A DNA stretch of 64,000 bases from Guillardia theta CCMP2712. Taxonomy: Eukaryota > Protista > Cryptophyta. Position 1 is the stretch's first letter. Every line of letters starts with the position of its first letter. The translations under genes were made by a program, and so were the position numbers. This document shows, piece after piece, positions 1 through 13,500 of this stretch. The DNA lies in assembly GCF_000315625.1 (NCBI RefSeq), contig NW_005434630.1, forward strand, positions 310,001 to 374,000, in the 5' to 3' direction. Below the pieces are notes generated by a model. The model saw only the letters and a program-made list of their open reading frames with translations. It had not been told where the DNA came from and did not search any database.

Positions 1-914
1 ATAGGGAGATTGTAGTTGCTCGGGTAGTTGTAGGGCGCGTCGGAAAGGCAGACGCCCTTGTCCTGCCAACACTCTAAGTACTTGAAGTTTGAGCTCGCTG
101 ACTGGACCATGAGATGCTCCGCAGCCTGTCTCTGGACACGGTCCATCTCCGCTCGTCTTGCTCCTGGGTTCGGATCCTCTGTGGCCCATCGTAAGTTGCA
201 TGCTGGATCTCCAGGGAATATGGATTGAAACGCCATGGCTTCCTTCGCGAACTCCGCCGCTGCTCTCAGCCTGAAGTCCTTCATCACGAGGAGGAGCATA
301 CGGGTCCCTTCACCTGTACTTGACAAAAGCGCAATTCCGCCCTGCCAGGACTCTCACGCTCTCGATCTGACCAAACTCTGAGAATTGGGCGTGGACGATT
401 TTCTCCGCATCCTCTCTGTTCGTGTTGACACGTCCAACGTAGAGCGTTCTATTCTCCCCTGTGCAAAGTCAGGAGCCAAGGATAGGGCGTCGTAAAGTAC
501 TTGAAAACGACCCAACGCCCCCCATGTCCTCCCTTGAACTTGCGAACCTGTCCCTCCCAAACACGTCCATAGCGGCTCCCAACATGTCCTCATCCTCCTT
601 GTTGGGGATCCTGTGCCAGTAATCACAATTCGGACCTTTGTCGCACCTGACAGTCAGGAGTAGGACGTTAGAGGAGGATACGCATTGCAGGGATCACATG
701 TCAACCTCCCCTGGGCGAAGAACACGCATATCGGATCTCCCTTCCCTGCACGGGTATATCCACTGTCCTTCGCAGGATGACACCGGGTCTCTGCTATCTT
801 GGCTTGCTTCTCATCTTTTCTAGTTGAGCATCCTTTCCACAGATTGTGGACGGCCTTGTCCCGGTTGTCGTCGGCTGGTCGAGCCCTTTGGACCCTTGCA
901 GGATTCTTCATCAT
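1..914 (-). CDS. CWC2: Pre-mRNA splicing factor Cwc2-like (CCCH zinc finger + RRM), multi-exon, runs off the window start
   Basis: Spliced minus-strand translation gives ETRCHPAKDSGYTRAG..PICVFFAQG, CDYWHRIP..DVFGRDRFASSREDMGGVGSF, RVLAGRNCAFVKY, AAAEFAKEAMAFQS..NLRWATEDPNP, which are hallmark Cwc2 motifs. Confidence 0.9.
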
Positions 915-1395
915 CCTCTTCTTTCCTCCCTTCCCAATCTCTGCCTCTCCTTCCTCCCCACTGACTCCCGTCACTCCTTCCTCCCTTCCCACTCTCTGTC
1001 TCTGCTTCCGCTCCTCGTCCTCGCTCGTTCCGCCCTTCACCGTCTCGTCCCTCCCTCCCCCGGCTCCTATTTATCGCCCCTTGACCACCATTGCGACGGT
1101 ATAGTTGAGTAAAATAGTCCACCACATTCCATGGCGGCCGGCTCAAGGCAACAGCGGTATAGCATGGCTTTCTACCTTTCCTGGACCTCCTTCCTGCTGT
1201 TACCTCTCCTGCTCTCTTTCAGCCTCGTCCTCGTCTCCCTTCTCCTTCTTCCTCCCTCTCGCAAGTTGCTCTTGCCTTCCTCGTCCTGACGACAAGGCCC
1301 AGGGCCCCGACTTCGTGGTTAGCCCCACTTTGCGCCATGGCAGGTCGTTTGCATGTTCTGTAGTGCCACATGTCCGCTTGCTCGTGTCACGTATC

Positions 1396-2801
1396 ATGAT
1401 CAGCTGGTTGCTTCGAATGTTCTTCTTGCTCATCGCGACCTTTGCAGCCCTCCTGCATCTCGAAACTGTATCCTGCTTCCTCGCGCCATCGCTGCCGGCT
1501 CGGCTTCAGAGGCATCTCTCCTTCACGCTCTCCCTCGCTACCTGACACCTCTTCTCAGCTGTGCTCCTGCACGCCTTCAGGCTCACATGGGATTGTCCCG
1601 AAGGAGGGAGACGTGCTTGACCGTTAGGATGCAGCTCGATGACGATGACTTCGAGCAAGACGAGGTGGGGAGGAGGCAGACTCTCCTGCTTCAGGGAGGA
1701 GGCTGACATGCTCTCGTTCGTGCTTCTCTCAGGGATCTGCTCCGATGAACAGAGAGCAGAGGCGGCAGATGGTGATCCCTCCCTCCCTCTCCTGCCAGCG
1801 TCTTAACGTTACCATGCAAGAAAAAGTTGGGCAAGAAGGGGAAACCCACGAAGATGGCGAGGGAGGAGATGATGGATGCGGTGGGCCCTGACTAGCGAGA
1901 GATTGTGATGACTCCGTTGCTGCCAGGCATCTGCACAGATCGCTTCCTCCCCGGCATCCACGGACACTGAAGAAGCTCCTTCCCGAGGGTGAGGACAAGG
2001 AGGATGTTTCGACGCTGCTCACCGTCATACGCCAGGGCTCTGGCGTTGGAGGAGATGAGACAAGCTGCCTTGAGAAGCAAGTAGTGCATCCTTCAGACTT
2101 GAACGAGGAGCTGCTTGTTGCTGTTCACTGTGCGATGCAGGGAGGAAAGAGTCCGCAAGGCTGGGCAGCAGCGACAAGCGTCGCTTCCTGGAACTGAAGA
2201 AGTAGGAGGGGGAGGTGTTAGAGTACCTCCTCGATCTAACACTTTCCCTCAGCTGAGGAGAGTAGATCCAAAGGTTCTGTTTGCAGGTGAGTTGTTCAAG
2301 GGAGCTCTGAGGGAACTCACTGGATGGCAGCCGAACGAACCTTGCTCAACGGAGTCCTGGTCTCCGGAGGCATATGGGTGAGTTTCCTCTGTGTGGAGAT
2401 GACAGGACGCTAACTTGTTCGTATGACAGGTGTTCTGCGGCCTATGCGTCGCTGTCGACGCCTATCTCATTGCTACCAAGCAGCAGGTCGGCGGTTGCAA
2501 TCTTTCATGTTCTGGGACTGACCAAGTGCCTTGTCAGGTCCCGCAAGCGCTGGATTCAGCCTTATCAAAGTACATCGAGCCTTACCTCACTCCTGGCCTC
2601 GTCCTCGTCCTCGCCTTCTCTGCCCTCCTCGGTCTCATGCAGGTGAGGGCGTTGAGAGATAGGAACCTGCGGGCTCTGACAGAGGCGAAGGTGTACAAGT
2701 TCGAGGGAGTCAAGGCAGATACCAAGCTGAAGCAGGAAAAGAGCTCAAGGTCTGACAACTCTGAGCTGATGATGACATGTGTCAACAGGCCTCTCAAGTG
2801 A
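1396..2801 (+). CDS. Hypothetical multi-exon protein with a bipartite signal/transit-like leader and a C-terminal hydrophobic segment (possibly plastid-targeted)
   Basis: N-terminus MISWLLRMFFLLIATFAALLHLET, an Arg-rich transit-like stretch, GT-AG short introns and TM-like YLTPGLVLVLAFSALLGLMQ. Confidence 0.5.
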
Positions 2802-2999
2802 AGCGCAAAGTTCAGACGGGTGCAACCAAGTTCCTGAAGTGAGGAGAACCTGTGAGGGAGACGACCGAGTTGTGAACTTTCTACATTACAAACTAGATTA
2901 TATGGCCGGTGTTTCAGACCCTTCTCCCTCTCCCTCCCTTTGTCTGTCCACTAGCGTTGGAGGCGGCGGAGCGCGTCTGATATCGACGTTGTAATGTTC

Positions 3000-4391
3000 C
3001 GCCAGCCTTCGTCCCCTGCACCAACACAATCTCAACATCGTCCAGCTTACACCTTCAACTCACTCCTCGTTTTCTTCGCTCCATCCGACATCGTGGGCAT
3101 CCGTGGGCGACTGGAACATGAAGGGGTTGGAGGGTCCACTCTCCTTCTCTGCTCCCAGCATCACAGCACACTCAAGGCAGCCCTTGCGACTGACCTGCCA
3201 GCATCTCGAAGCGGAGGGGCGTGTGTGCTGTGACATCTGAGACAAGGAGGACAACAGTGTCAACAGCAAGTACATGCAAGAGAGAAACTCCTTGCAGTCA
3301 GGACCTTCAGGTGCTCTTTCTCGATTCTCCGTCAAGACTTTGCTGTTCATGGAAGGTTCACAACAGATCCAGCATGCCAACGTTGCCTCCAACCTCAGGA
3401 CGACGAGCTGCCGTACCGCCATTATCAGGCACAGCATCCCCACAGTCAGGCCAAGAGCTGGAAAACATTCACATCACGAAGCACTGAGAGGGTCTTGCGT
3501 CTTGCCTAAGAGCATCATCTGCACCCAGCTGAAGGACCGCTCGAAGATCACCCTAAAGACCCTTCTCAGCTCGTTGCTCCCCAGCAGGAACATGTCACAC
3601 AACCTCTCCCGGTCTTCGGAGTAGAAACACCCGAAGAAAGAGCCCGGATGCGCATACTGCTGCAAGAACTTGTGCTTGCTCGCTAAAGAAACCAACAGTC
3701 TTTGTCAAAGGGTTGTTTTGAAATGAAGAGGAGCGCACCGAACGAAGGGTTCCCCTCGAACGTCATGTATGCTTTCCCGTGGAACTGCTCGCAATGATCG
3801 CTCGTGTTCCTAACAGGTCAATCAGATTCAACCAACGCGCTTTCAGGGTCACCTGTACTGAGCAAGGCAAGCTGCTGATGAAGGGAAGACGTATATGTCG
3901 ATCTGGTTGCAGTTGCCCAACGTGAGTCGCGAGTCAGGAGGGAGCAGGTCGAACCTGCGCTTGTGATAGAACTGGCGATTCATCTTTTGTTGGCCAAGTC
4001 TGCAAGAGACTTCCGAGGACGAGGCAGCTGGAATATCAGCCGATCACGCGAGAGAAGACAAACAGGAAGGCATCCGATCTCAGCTGAAAGCATCGCTACC
4101 TTGCCTCACGCATCTTCAACTGAGGTATCACGACAACACGCAGCCACCAGTCGGCGTAACCTTTGGGGAAAGGACATTAGCATGAACTCGACGATTGGTT
4201 GCAAGGACGAGGACGAGGACTAATGACGAGGGCAGGAAGACGAGTAGGACTGGAGGAGGCAGTGGTGGTAGAGTTGATCTTTCACCTCCTGTTGCCCCCA
4301 ATGTCATCGATGCCATGATCGTCCACCCAGCGACTCCTCCTGCGGCTCCTCGCCATGTCCTCCCTCCCGTACCCCTCGTCGCTACCGGCAT
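3000..4391 (-). CDS. Hypothetical multi-exon protein (boundaries uncertain)
   Basis: Exon-like open segments (IDIYVFPSSAACLAQYR, NTSDHCEQFHGKAYMTFEGNPSF, LLVSLASKHKFLQQYAHPGSFFGCFY) flanked by GT/AG; no family recognised. Confidence 0.4.
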
Positions 4392-4988
4392 GGCATTCCG
4401 GGTCAGACGAAACCGAGCCGGCCTCAGGAATACAGTGAAGAGTGCTCCTGATTGTCCTCGTACTGATTTTTAACTTAACTTTGAGTAAAGGGCAACAGAC
4501 TGGCAACTGAGGCTGGCAAACCGTGTGTAGGAAACCCGCCCCAGACCTCCCCAGCCCAAGTCAATCGGATCAGTGACCGGGCCTGGTAACCCGGGTGACC
4601 GGGCGTTCCGCGGCAGTGACTCTTTGAACTGCCCGCGGCCATCATCGGATTGCCACTCAATGGGCCCGTGCAGCACATTCAATGAAACTTGCCTCTCAGC
4701 TCAACCGGGCCGCCGAGTCTGCCGCGGCCGCGGCCGGCCGGGCCGGCGGCTGAGTACTACCGGCGTGACCGTGGCATTCAATCCGACTCGGATGATCAGT
4801 GATTGCGGGGGCGGGCCGGCCTGCGGCAAACGGTTGAGCCGTCAAATGATCCCATTTTGAAAAGTTACACAAGGGGGTGGGGATGTTCAAAGTACCGGTG
4901 CTATCAACAGGAATTTGGAGGGGTATGTTTATGCATTTGAATGGAAGTCACGGGTAGGTACAAGGGTCAGTGCTCCAGTGCTCATCAT

Positions 4989-6953
4989 CATGGCTCGGAA
5001 CGCAGCATCGGAGCTCAGAAGACATGAAGGTGAGGAGGAGGAGGAGGAGGAGGAGGAGGAGGAGGAGGAGGAGGACATGTTCAAGCTACCTGATCTGCAA
5101 GAGGCTCGCTCCCTTTGGCGGCTCAAAGTTTGAACAAGAATGCCGTAGGTATCTTAGATCTTCGGAATGTTGAAGAGAGCACTCAGAAGCTGAATGTTGC
5201 AAGGAAGCCGATCCCCAATGAGATCACTTCCTTCGCCTCGTCCAAGAACTTTGTTCTTTCGGCCCTTCAGGTTAGTTCGAGTTGCAAACTCAGGATCACA
5301 GGATTGGTATGACAGGTTGGAAGAAGATTGGAGGAGGTCGATCAACGAAGGTGGGAGGAGTTCCTGTGTAAAAGAAGGATCTGACGTAGAGCAGGATCTT
5401 GCAGTACATCAAGAGACTTGAGGAGGACATCGAGCAGCAGAAGGACGAAAGGGAGAAATTGCAGGAAGAGATCGAGTTAGCCTGCACGGGACTGGAGAAG
5501 GAATGCCTGACATTAAGGAATGAAGGTGAGCGCTGCGCATGCAAGTTACATGTTGCAGACGAGGCCATGTGACGATCTGTTCTCAGTCGCAAGTGCCATG
5601 AAGACCAACAAGGAGTTGCAGGATATCATAGAGAAGGAGAGGAAGAAGAATATGGGGCCATCCGAGAACATCATGAATGAGATGACGAGGTTGAAACAAG
5701 AGCTCGAACGACTCACGCTAGAGAAGCAAGCTGCTGATGAAAGGAACCGAGAGAATCAAGTGGAGATAAAGCGATTACAGGTGAGCATCGGAAGAGGTGG
5801 AGTATGTTGTGGTGATTTTCAAACGCAAGAATCTTTATACCGATGAGATCGAGAAATCAAGCAGCCTGAGGGCGAAACAACTGAGAGAGATTGAAGAGAC
5901 TTTCTCAGAGGCTGTTGCGGGATCGCAACTGCGGGTGGCCGAGCTGAAGGAGGTGAAATGACCTGCTTGTTTCGAGGCGTCAAACTTGTGATGATCATGT
6001 GCTGTTTGCAGCAAGAGAGCAAGTCGAATGAGAAGATCAAAGAGTTGATGTCCAACGTGCAAGATCTCAACTCGGAGCTGCAAGTTCGCCAAGCAACAAT
6101 CGAATTTCAGAAGAAGGTGCTGCGAAGGAATCTGTCAAGTTGTGTGATTATTTTTGAGTAGAGTATTGACAAGCTGAACGCGGAATTGGAGAACATGAAA
6201 GAAAGATTGCATCATGAGAATCTCGACCTGATGCGACGGTACGCAACAGCAATGGCCTTCTGTCACTAAAGTACGCAGAGCGGAATATGCAGAAGATTTG
6301 AATGTTTCCAAGGACCAAGAACTCTCAATGAAAAGAAAAGAAATAGAAACTGTGGGATTCCCACCTTCTGTTCTTGCTAGATGTGTAACGACTCTGTTAG
6401 ATCCTCCAAAGCAACGACCTGCAAGTTAGAAGTTTGAAGGCGGACCTGACAACTTGTCAGCAAAGAATTCTCGTATTGGAGTCCGAAATACAGCGAGCGA
6501 AGGAGGCAAATGAAAACTTGAACCTCCAGCTCACGGTCAGGCTGTTCTGAGCGATATGCTCTCTGACGAGGAGGATGTGTAGGAATGCAGGAGAGAGAAC
6601 GTGAACTTGCTGAACTCTCTGAACGAGGCTAGGCAGCAGCTAGCAGTAACAAGTTTTCATGCCTGGTTCTTGTAGTTCTGACTAGATTGATCGGCAGGAC
6701 GCAGAGAAACAGCTCAAGTTGCATGAGAATCACCTCGTTGCATCTGTACGAGAGGTGGAGGAAGAAGCCGAAGATGTAAGGATGCAAGTCACTTCTTTTC
6801 TACCTCCTCACCTCTGTTCACTGTCTAAACCATCGATCTGCCTTCCCGTTGCTACTCTGCTGATGCATCTCGCAGACTGCAAGACTTTTGGGTATAATCT
6901 CGAAATTCCAGCTCAAAGTTCAATCCAGCCGTGTACAAAATCTCACCGAATAA
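4989..6953 (+). CDS. Coiled-coil protein, multi-exon
   Basis: Heptad-rich E/K/L/Q exons (EQQKDEREKLQEEIE, EMTRLKQELERLTLEKQAADERNRENQVEIKRLQ) separated by ~50-nt introns. Confidence 0.65.
5032..5073 (+). repeat. (GAG)n microsatellite
   Basis: Perfect GAG run. Confidence 0.9.
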
Positions 6954-7231
6954 TTAAAAGAGACATGTCAGAAATCGCTCATGTTTCTCAATCTATTCTG
7001 CTCCATGCATTCTGTTGTAGCTCTTCGATTTCTCCTCCTCACAACTGAGGGACAGGAAGTCCGCAAGTCAGGGGGTGCGACTCACTTGTCATAATAGGAA
7101 GATACTTCATAAAATGTACCAACATGACTATACGGCTCTCGTCTTAGATAAACAATTCGCAAGCCAGGTTAAACACTTTCCTGAGAAACCTTGCAACATT
7201 CCCACCTCTCTCCTCGACATGATGTACAGCA

Positions 7232-7845
7232 TTAACATTGTGGTTTACAGTAGTCTTGATAAATGTGCTGGCAGTATGGGAACTTCTCACGAATCACATC
7301 CGCCTGGAGTCAAGCATCACCTACCCACTCCTCACAGCACTACTCCCTTTACCGTATTGCCATTGATCGGATTGCCGTGGTACCGGCTGGCTCTGTACCC
7401 AAGACCACTCGTGCATACCAAGAACTGATCATAGCAGCTGTCGAGGCAGACCTGGCATAAACGTTGAGTACAGACCCTTCCCTCCTGATCTCTTGCACCT
7501 TTCCCATGGCAAGCGACCGCGCTCTGGGCGCGAGGAAGAGCCCCTGGGTTGGGATCGACATGATGGGATTGAAGTCTTGACTTCCTAGCATCATCGCCTG
7601 GTTCTGCTCAAAGATTGCTCCATGTAAGATGGGCGCGATGGTCAAACATCATGAACATGCACAGCACCTGCAGAGTGAAATGAAGGTGGGGCTGGACTTG
7701 CTGAAGGAATTCTGCAAACATTCAAGTCAATTTCAAGATTGTTCTTTGAAGATCAAGTTCTACCAGAGTGCCTTGGCAAATGTCTGTGTATCAAGTACAA
7801 ACTAGTACACATCAAGCCGATAACACAAGCAGCGAATACATGCAT
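7232..7845 (-). CDS. Small secreted or signal-anchored protein with a Cys-rich C-terminus
   Basis: MHVFAACVIGLMCTSLYLIH leader; spliced C-terminus VCLDSCYDQFLVCTSG...ADVIREKFPYCQHIYQDYCKPQC*. Confidence 0.5.
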
Positions 7846-8254
7846 ACTGCAGCAATCACGTCAGGGTTGTTATCATTGCCCTCACTTGTTGAGAATTCAA
7901 AAGAAGAGTAAAGTGATGTCACAACCAGGGGAAACTTCCCTTCTCCCCCTGCCCCCCATCCTCTCAACTTCCCTTCTCCCACCCTGACCTCCATCCTCCT
8001 CCCCCTTTCTCTTCCTCGTCCTCCCTCATCCCTCTCCCCCTCCTCTCCCTCTCCCCCTTCTCTCCTTCACCTTCTCCTTCATCTTCTCCTTCTCTCCTTC
8101 ACCTTCACCTTCATCTTCTCCTTCTCTCCTTTATCTCTCTCACCTCTGCATTTTTCTCGGCATCTTGTCGCCTCTTCGCAAGTGAGGACGGTTACACACT
8201 CCGTTACATCAAAGGATTTACGGGCAGCGCTCGGCTCGACAGCTAGTAATCGTC

Positions 8255-10260
8255 ATGGCGGAGCTGCCGGCGGGAAGGAAAGCGACGATGAAGGCGCACG
8301 TTGGAGGGGTGAGGGAGAGGATAAGGAGCGAGAGAGATAATTCCATATCGTATCTCAAGTCCATGCTGCTCACTGTGATGGAAGAGATTCAAGCGCGGCC
8401 GATCATGCGGGCATGCAGGTTTTGTTCTTACTCGTGCTGTAGGTGTTGGCCGTTCGCTTCAACAAGGATGGCGCGTATTGCTTGACGTGTGGTCAAGATC
8501 GCGTCCTTAAGCTCTGGAATCCTTATAAGGAAGCGTGCATCAAGTCATACCTCGGGCACGGGCATGAGGTGGCCGGTCGGACGACTGGGATGTAGAGGCT
8601 GAAGATGCATGCAGGTGTACGACGTTGCAGTAGCCGATGACAACAGGTGAGAGAGAGAGAGCGAGATACAGAGAGGGAGAGGGAGAGGGAGAGGGAGAGG
8701 GAGAGGGAGAGGGAGAGGGAGGGAGGGAGGGAGGATCCTCATCATGCTGAGATGGTTCGCAGTCGATTGGCTTCCTGCGGTGGCGACAAGATGGTGTTCT
8801 ATTGGGTGTGTGAATCAAGATCCTGCGGTTGGTTGTTTTGACAAAGATACAAGGATGTAGCAAGTGGAAACATCATCCGAAAGTTCCGAGGACATGAGCT
8901 GAAAGTGAATGCAGTCTCGTTTGCGGGTGACTGTGCACAATGTCTGAATGTATTCGCTGAATCTCACCATTTTCTCCTCAACAGGCGAAGAATCCTCTGT
9001 GTTGATCTCAGCGAGTTACGACAAGACAGTGAGGATTTACGATTGCAGGCACGTCCGGAAGCTCCGGCGTTTCCTCTCTGAGCGTAATTCTCATGGCAGA
9101 TCTCGATCCCTGGATGCGATTCAGACTATGTCGGACTTCACGGACAGTGTGACATCGCTTGCTGTGCGGGAGCATGAGGTACGTCAGGAGCCCTGCCCCG
9201 CTCGACTCTGAAAGAAAGTTGAGATATGCACGGGGTGCGTCGATGGATGGATCAGGATCTACGACATTCGTGAGCGAGGAGCAGCAGCGGGTCTGCAACT
9301 CTGTGACTGCCGGCAGGTCATGGGGAGATGATCTCGGACTGTGTGGGGGAGGCGGTGACGTGCGTGAGGTGAGCTCGTGGAGAGAAGACGATACGTTGAG
9401 GTGTAGTTGATGGCCCTCCGTGTTGACTTGTCTGCAGGTTCACCTACGATGGGAATTGTGTTCTGTGTACTTGTATGGACAACAAGGTGATAGTTGTCGC
9501 TACTATCCAGCCCCTCCCCTCACCACTCCTCGCTCCAGGTTCGTCTCTTCGACAAGTCGAACGGGGAATTGCTCAACACTTACACTGGGCACAAGAATGA
9601 TTCGTACAAGGTGAGATGTGTACGCGTTGACATGGTTGGAAGTTTTTGTTCCTTGACGTCTGAGAGTTTGAAGCGCAAGCATGCTGAACAACCAGTTGTT
9701 GTGGTGAGAGCCACAGTCACACGTGTACAGGTGGAGGCTTGTATGACAAGAGGAGATTCCCATGTCGTCTGCGGTTCGGAGAAAGGTGAGGAGGTCAGGA
9801 GGGTGCTGTTCCGTGACAAAAGGTGCAGGGGACATCTTCTTCTGGGATCTTGTGAGTGGCAAGGAAGTGCACAAGTTGTCAGGGCACAGCAACGTTGTAA
9901 GTTCCATGAAGATCTGAAGACGTTTTGCATGTGGAATGTTGAGAGAGTTGAGGTGTGAGAAGGTGTGATAGTGTGATGTTTCAAAGTGCCGAGATATGTT
10001 GATGTGTCAAGTTGTTGTCTGTGCCTCCTCGAGGGATCTGATCTGATCTGATCTGATCTGATCTGATCTGATATGATATGGTATGATACGTTGTCTGACG
10101 AGACATGCAGGTTTGCTCGCTCGCATACCATCCGTCGGATACTTACCTGCTGTCCGCGTCGGTGGATGGGACGGTCAGAGTTTGTGCGAACCTGCTCCAG
10201 CTCACAGTCCAGCAGGTTTCTCTATGGCAGTGAATGGGGTGAGGGCAGCAAAGAGGGCAG
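8255..10260 (+). CDS. WDR83: WD40-repeat protein WDR83/MORG1, multi-exon (3' end approximate)
   Basis: VLAVRFNKDGAYCLTCGQDRVLKLWNP, GHGHEVYDVAVADDNSRLASCGGDK, RKFRGHELKVNAV, VRLFDKSNGELLNTYTGHKN, DSHVVCGSE. Confidence 0.92.
10034..10075 (+). repeat. (GATCT)n pentamer tandem repeat in a WDR83 intron
   Basis: gatctgatctgatct... about 8 copies. Confidence 0.85.
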
Positions 10261-10501
10261 CGAGGAGGGAGGGAGTGAAGGAGGGCGCGAGGGAGGACCG
10301 AGGGCAGAGAAGGGCAGAGAAGAAGAGAGCGAGGGACGAAAGTGGGTAAGGGGAAAGTTGAAATCGGGAGAAAGTTGTACACGAAGATAGGGAAGGTGGC
10401 CAGAGGCAGAAGAAGTGAAAGTCAATTGCAAGAAACCCGAAAGAACCTTGATATTTATTTCTTCGAACTGTCCTGAGCTACTTACAAACATCCACGTCCT
10501 C

Positions 10502-13500
10502 TCATCGCCCCCCTTTCTGCCCCACCTCCTTCCTCCTCAGCTGTAACTTCCCTCCGTCTGCCGCTTCGCTGGGAACAGGAAAGAGCTCGCACATCACCCG
10601 AGTCCCGTCACGGGGCAGCACGTGAATGGAGGAAGACGCGCTAGCGTTGTGCAGGGCAGCCGCTGGCACGTTGGAGATGACAAGGGCGGGGAGGGAGAGG
10701 TTGCCGCAGTAGAGGGGGAGGAGGCGGAACCTGAAGCGCGTCGGGGGAGGAGGAGAAGAATCTCCCTCCCTCCTCACAGGTACGGCGACTCTGAACTTGG
10801 TCCTACCGACGAGGAACCAGCTGCCGTCCCGAGCCACCAGCTCACACAGCAGCTCACGCCCCAGCTCGTGCCGCCCCCAGCACACCTCTAGCTGCAGCTC
10901 CACCTCGTGGGGCTCGCCGAAGACGCAAGTCTGCCCAGCCGCGAAGGAGTATCGGAGGCTCGGGCGGTCCCATGCGCCCATCCTCACCATCGCCTGCCAG
11001 GTGAGTCTGCTGCGCTCTTGCTTGCCGTGAAGTCTCTTGTAGATCCCCTCCTGCTCCTGCTCCTGGACCTGCTCGTGCTCGTGCTCGTGCTCGTGCTCCA
11101 CGTCAAAGTTGATCTCCAGACGTGCCTCCGCTTCCTCTCCAGCATCTTGTTCTGCGCTGCTCCGAGTGATAGAGTAGACAAGGGAAACCACGTCTCCACG
11201 GGCCATGCAGGTAGGCTGAGTGACATGGCGAGAGGCGGGAGAGGCTTGCAGGCCTGACGGCACTGCGAGATGGTGCGAGAGGAGGCAGCAGGAGTGGATG
11301 GGGATGTTGCATGTCAGGAGGAGCAGCAGAATCTTCTCCTCCTCAGATCTCCACTGCAGCCTGCTGTTGACGGTAAAGGCCTCCTCCTCCTCCAGCCTCA
11401 GCTCCCGTTCGACGCGGAAGAATCGATTCCTTTCCACGGAAGAAGCGAGGCGGACGGTGACAGTCCTGCTGCTCCCGGAGGAGGAGGAGGGGGAAGGGGA
11501 GGAGGAGGAGGAGGAGGACCCGACTTGTCCACCCTCTCCCACCTTCAGCCCGAAGAGGACGAAAGCTGCTTGCCCAGCTCCAAGTGTCGGGATCTCAATG
11601 GCACGACTCGAAGACCATCGCACCTCCTCCCCCCGCTTCGCACACAGCTCATTGAACCTCCGAGAGTTGACCTGCTCCTCCTCCGGGGCCTCGTCGAAGA
11701 CGGAGAGGAGGCAGAGAGGGCCGAGGGACAGCTGGTCCGGCAGCTGAACAGTCAGCTGGGAACGGGCAACCTCCATCTTCTTGGCGGCAATCTGAATGCG
11801 CACGATCGGTTCATGTCCCTTGGTGATGCTGCCGGAGCTCCAGACGCTGAGCTCGGCAGGAGGAGGGAAGAGACGGACGAAGAAGATCTCGTTGCTCGCA
11901 GACTTGTGCGCAAGCCGGAGGTGGCCGAGCAGGAAGACGAAGCAAGAGATCCTGTAGCATCCTTCACTTTGGAAGCTCCCAGTCAGCATCACTCGGTTCT
12001 TGCCTCCCTTGAGAGTTACTGCTCCGTTGCTGCGGAAACACGAGGCATTAGCCTCCCTGCTCCTGCTGAGCATCGGGAACACCATGGAGCCGCTGGGGAG
12101 AATTACGTTCGAGCCGTCCAAGTCTTCGAACAGCATGCTCGCTGGTCTGTTGATGTCTGGAAGGAGCAGAGAGGAGGAGGAAAGAGGTGTAGAGGAGGAG
12201 GAGGAAGGAGGGTCGCGAAGTTGAGTGCCCTCCCCGTCCGGATGATGCTCATCTTGTATCACGTCCATCACCGCGTACATCTCGTCGATCGCGAGCGGGT
12301 CGATCGCAGAGCTGGTAACCTCGACGTCCAGGTTGAACTCTTGTCCCAGTGCCACTTCGAACAACACCGACTTCTCACTCTCCTCCCTCGTTGTCTCACC
12401 AAACCGATGACCACGTTCCTCCTCCGCCTCCTCCTCCCTCACCCTCTTGCTCGTCACTATCAGCCCATCCCCCAAGTCCAGCGTGACGACGTCGTTCAGC
12501 TCCTCGCGCTGACTTGACGACTGCGGCATTAGATCAGGAGTGTCTGACAGCGAAGAGGACCGGCAGTTCTCCACATGCACCAGCTGAGCTGAGAGGAGCG
12601 AGTCGGAGCTGAAAGCAACATCCCTCAGCATCGCTGGCTCGCGGGAGAGCCCTTTCAGATGCTCCTCGGCCCTCTTCCTGTCCTTCCTGGTGATCCCCTT
12701 CGCTCCGAGCAGGACCAGACTCAAGCTTGCCCGCAGTCGAACCATCTGCAGCTGCTCCAGACACTCACCCAGCTCGTGGTAGACGGGAGGAAGCAGGATA
12801 TTCCAGTTGTCCACAAGGAGGAAGAGCAGGCAGCGACGGAGAAGAGAGCTCGCCACCTCCAACTTCCTGCTCCTCCTCATCGCTAGCGCTGTCTCGTACT
12901 GCAGGATAGTGCACATGCGCAATCGTGCCGCTCGCTCGAGGAAGGCGCAGGACGCGACTGTCAGATCATGGCAGAGATCAGCAACTCCTCCCCTCCTGCT
13001 GAGCGCAGCGAGGAGTCTCCCGGAGATCCTCCTCCTCGAGTCCTTGGGGTTCAGCATGGCAAGGAAGTCGTCAAGAGAGAGGGAGAGCTTGAAGACGTCC
13101 TCGAAGATCGAAGTCTCGACCTCAACCGTGTCAACTTGGTGTTGCGGGGACACCATGCCCTCGTTGTTCCGCTCCTTCCCCTCCAGGTGCAGAGGACTTG
13201 AGGTCTTGGGTGTCCGGCGGCGCAGGGAAGGATGGAGGGTGTTTAGCAGGGAGCTTCCCCTGGTGAAATATCCGTTCCTGCTCACCTGAAGGGGGGAAGG
13301 GGTTTCAGGAGGGGCGAAGAATAGATTCAGGTATCAGAAAATACAACCTTGGAAGAGAAATGCAATCGGTTTAGAAACTGCATTGACGAGCTTTTCGGGG
13401 ATCTGGTGGAGGCCTCTCCCTCTTGCGCGGCAATTCTCTCCACCCCTCCTTCCCTCCTGGGAAACGTCTGCTTCTCCTCCTCACAATCAGAAGGAGTTCG

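Noticed and set aside
654-800. Cys/His cluster as a retroelement Gag zinc knuckle
   Set aside because: It is part of the Cwc2 CCCH finger region; no RT or integrase is nearby
4479-4490. 12-mer actttgagtaaa shared with ~49758
   Set aside because: Shared 12-mers are expected by chance in 64 kb and there is no extended similarity
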